From Lama guanicoe (lineage: Eukaryota), in the NCBI GenBank assembly GCA_013239625.1, contig MU053911.1, positions 486,132 through 550,131 of the forward strand: a stretch of 64,000 nucleotides of DNA. Direction: 5' to 3'. Numbering within the stretch: position 1 is the stretch's first letter; each line of letters starts with the position of its first letter. Positions 61,673-64,000 of the stretch are shown here, in pieces. The notes under the pieces are model-generated. The model saw only the letters and a list, made by a program, of their open reading frames with translations. It had not been told where the DNA came from and made no database searches. Position numbers and translations under genes: made by a program.

Positions 61673-64000
61673 ATCTGTTTGATTCCATTTCATTTTCTTC
61701 TTCTTTTTCATATTTCACTCACATTTCAGTTTATGCTTGTCCTTTGGAGGAGGAGGTAGTGAAGAATACATCTTTTTCATAAGATATAAAAAACTATTAA
61801 AATCTGGATGGTCATGGAATTCTAAGGTCTTCATGAAATCCTTTCTCTCATTTGTTGGTATATTTGTATTGTTCTGTAATTTTGTGGGGGGGTTTTATTT
61901 GGTCTGTTTTCAACAGAAATCCAGACTGTCTTAATATTGATAAGAATGCATCTGGTAACTTGCTGAAACTTTCCTCAGTATTTCTAAAATCAGACTAAAA
62001 TAAAAACTGTCGAGACCCGTGCGTATGTGTCTGTTTACAGTCTTGGCGTTTATCTTACAGTTTAATTCCAGACTGTGGGGCATTTTTTCTTGTACTTGTT
62101 CCCAGTGAGACATTTAGTTCTACTCAGACTGTAACTTTCTGAAATATTCTCAAGACAAAGTTTTTTTAATCGTTTACATAAGTGATTGTTTGCATATAAA
62201 TTTCTGTCCATGGCTCACAAACCCAATGTTTTAAATTTCAATTAGAATTGATCCAAGATTTAGGGCTATGGCAAAACGAGGCGAGCCCATCAAATGTACT
62301 CAGCCTTCTGTGAAGCTGTGGTTGTCACCACGGGCTAAGCAGGCAATGTCTCACAACATTATTTCCATACAAAATGGCCTTCAACAGTTCTAAAGGAAAA
62401 ATTTCCTGTATTTTCCAAATTAATTTGCTGACCACTATCACTAAGGTTATCCTACATAACGTATTAACTGCCAACAGCAAGTGTGGGGGGAGGACAGGGG
62501 GCGGTTGTGGAAAGAGAAAGAAAGAGAATTGTACATTCATATTTACTTTATATTAGTGTAATTATATTACATTACAGTACATAAAGAAGTCTTCATTTTT
62601 TATTGGTGGTGGGTGAATTCTACCAGGTCTTAAAGCGGTAAACAGTTTAGTCTCCCATAGTACAATACTGAGGGTCCAATCTATTCCCAGGTCAGTGCTA
62701 AAAATCCTATTAATTTAAAAAATATTCCTTTTTTATTATAAAACTTAGGGTATAATCTAAAGGCAGAGGTAAAATTACAGTTAAAGTTAGAGATGAAAGG
62801 GGTCTCAAAATACTATATATTCCAGTTGTTGCTAGAGGTTCCTTTTCTGACGAAATTGAGGCTATGATTTGGAATAAGGAAGATGTCTTGTGTGACTGGC
62901 GCCTGGGCCTCGCAGCGCCCTGTGGAACCCAGGCGGGTAAACCCTGCAGCTCCTGCTCCTACTGTTCTCAGGAATCTTGCAATCAAATGACCAGAGGCCA
63001 CGGCACATCTGAGAATGAGTGCATGGGCACGTGTTTACATGAACAGTCCGCGTCCTCTCCCAGACAGAGATAAACTTGTCAGCCACTTGTAGGATGTGAT
63101 GTGTGGGGCACTGAAAACTGAACCAGCCCCAAAATATCACCCGTATCAACATGCCACTCAGTCAAACATTCTCTCGGGGTGAGTCACTCCGTATCTACCC
63201 AAAGTTTGGTTCAATACCAATAGTTTTACTTTCAGAGAAGTAACATCTTAACCCATTGTTACGTTCCAGGGCTGTAAAGGAACGCCACGGAGGGCACAGC
63301 GCATGGTTTCAGATTGACGCAGATCATGGGACTCTAAACGTGGTGAGAGCCTTGAGGGACGTTGCTTCCTAGAAAGGACTGGAGTCACTGCCATGAAAAT
63401 GATGCAGGACACAGTGGTCGAGGTGGGCACCACACGTTGTGAGGAAAGCCAAGTTGAAAACCACCCTTGAGAGGCAAGACTTGCAAAACCACAGCACAAC
63501 CTGCACTGTGAGAAAGGCTACAATTTCCACACGGAAAGGCGAATGAAGCCTGGTGCAAACCTTCACAGAGCTGAGAAGAGGCCAACACACACAAGTACAA
63601 CACACGGAGTAAAAGCGCAGAGTGCGCACAAAGAGGGCGTCGTAAGCGTCTGTTCAATGACCGAGTCTCAGTGCCGTATTACCGTTAAGCAAATAGTGAC
63701 TTTCAAAGGCGGGTGAGAGTCTGCCCATCTGCTGTGGCCCCTAAAGACCTCAGGACAATGAGGCTCTTTGAAAGGCTGGGCAGGACTTCAGCAGGTTGCT
63801 CTGAAGGAAGAAGGAAGAAGGAAGGGGGAGCACATCTGGTAAAGAGTACAGTGGTAACTGGAACAGCGATGGGAATGTTGGGGGTGGAAATCAGGCATCT
63901 GCTTATTGTCCACTTTGCTTATGATACAGGATATATATAAAAACAATGAGAAAAAAAGCTACTTCAAGAGAGAATCCTGGAAATCACTGAATGTCAGACG

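Noticed and set aside
1..64000. CRISPR array, operon, prophage, NUMT, endogenous viral ORF or processed pseudogene
   Set aside because: No repeat-spacer array, no gene-dense structure, and no gag/pol/env, mitochondrial or recognisable mRNA-derived sequence seen by eye; a TBLASTX search would be needed to exclude very degraded copies.

Overview
This is mammalian genomic DNA, not prokaryotic or viral. A tRNA-derived SINE of Vic-1 type at 29541-29663 and several young L1 3' ends point to a camelid genome (Camelus/Vicugna/Lama); this is inferred from remembered consensus features, not a database search. The window is repeat-rich intronic or intergenic sequence: young 5'-truncated L1s with visible target-site duplications (TSDs), older L1M, L2 and MIR remnants, MaLR/ERV1 solo LTRs (MLT1B-like, MER31/MER67-like, MER41-like), a MER82 Tigger-type element, and two CA-rich minisatellites. 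I cannot support any protein-coding gene: the listed ORFs are repeat-derived or unrecognisable, and only one plausible exon (4341-4452, possibly terminal) was seen. I did not find a convincing new multi-gene system. The most interesting signals are: (i) short CpG-rich patches inside old repeats shifted A/T->G/C, consistent with GC-biased gene conversion; (ii) a candidate regulatory module at ~56.1-58.95 kb, with two solo LTRs followed by a CpG patch and NF-kB, forkhead, NRF1 and GC-box motifs; (iii) a higher-order CA minisatellite and an E-box-rich minisatellite; (iv) an L1 with a permuted, inverted 5' junction. Repeat subfamily names and boundaries without TSDs are approximate.
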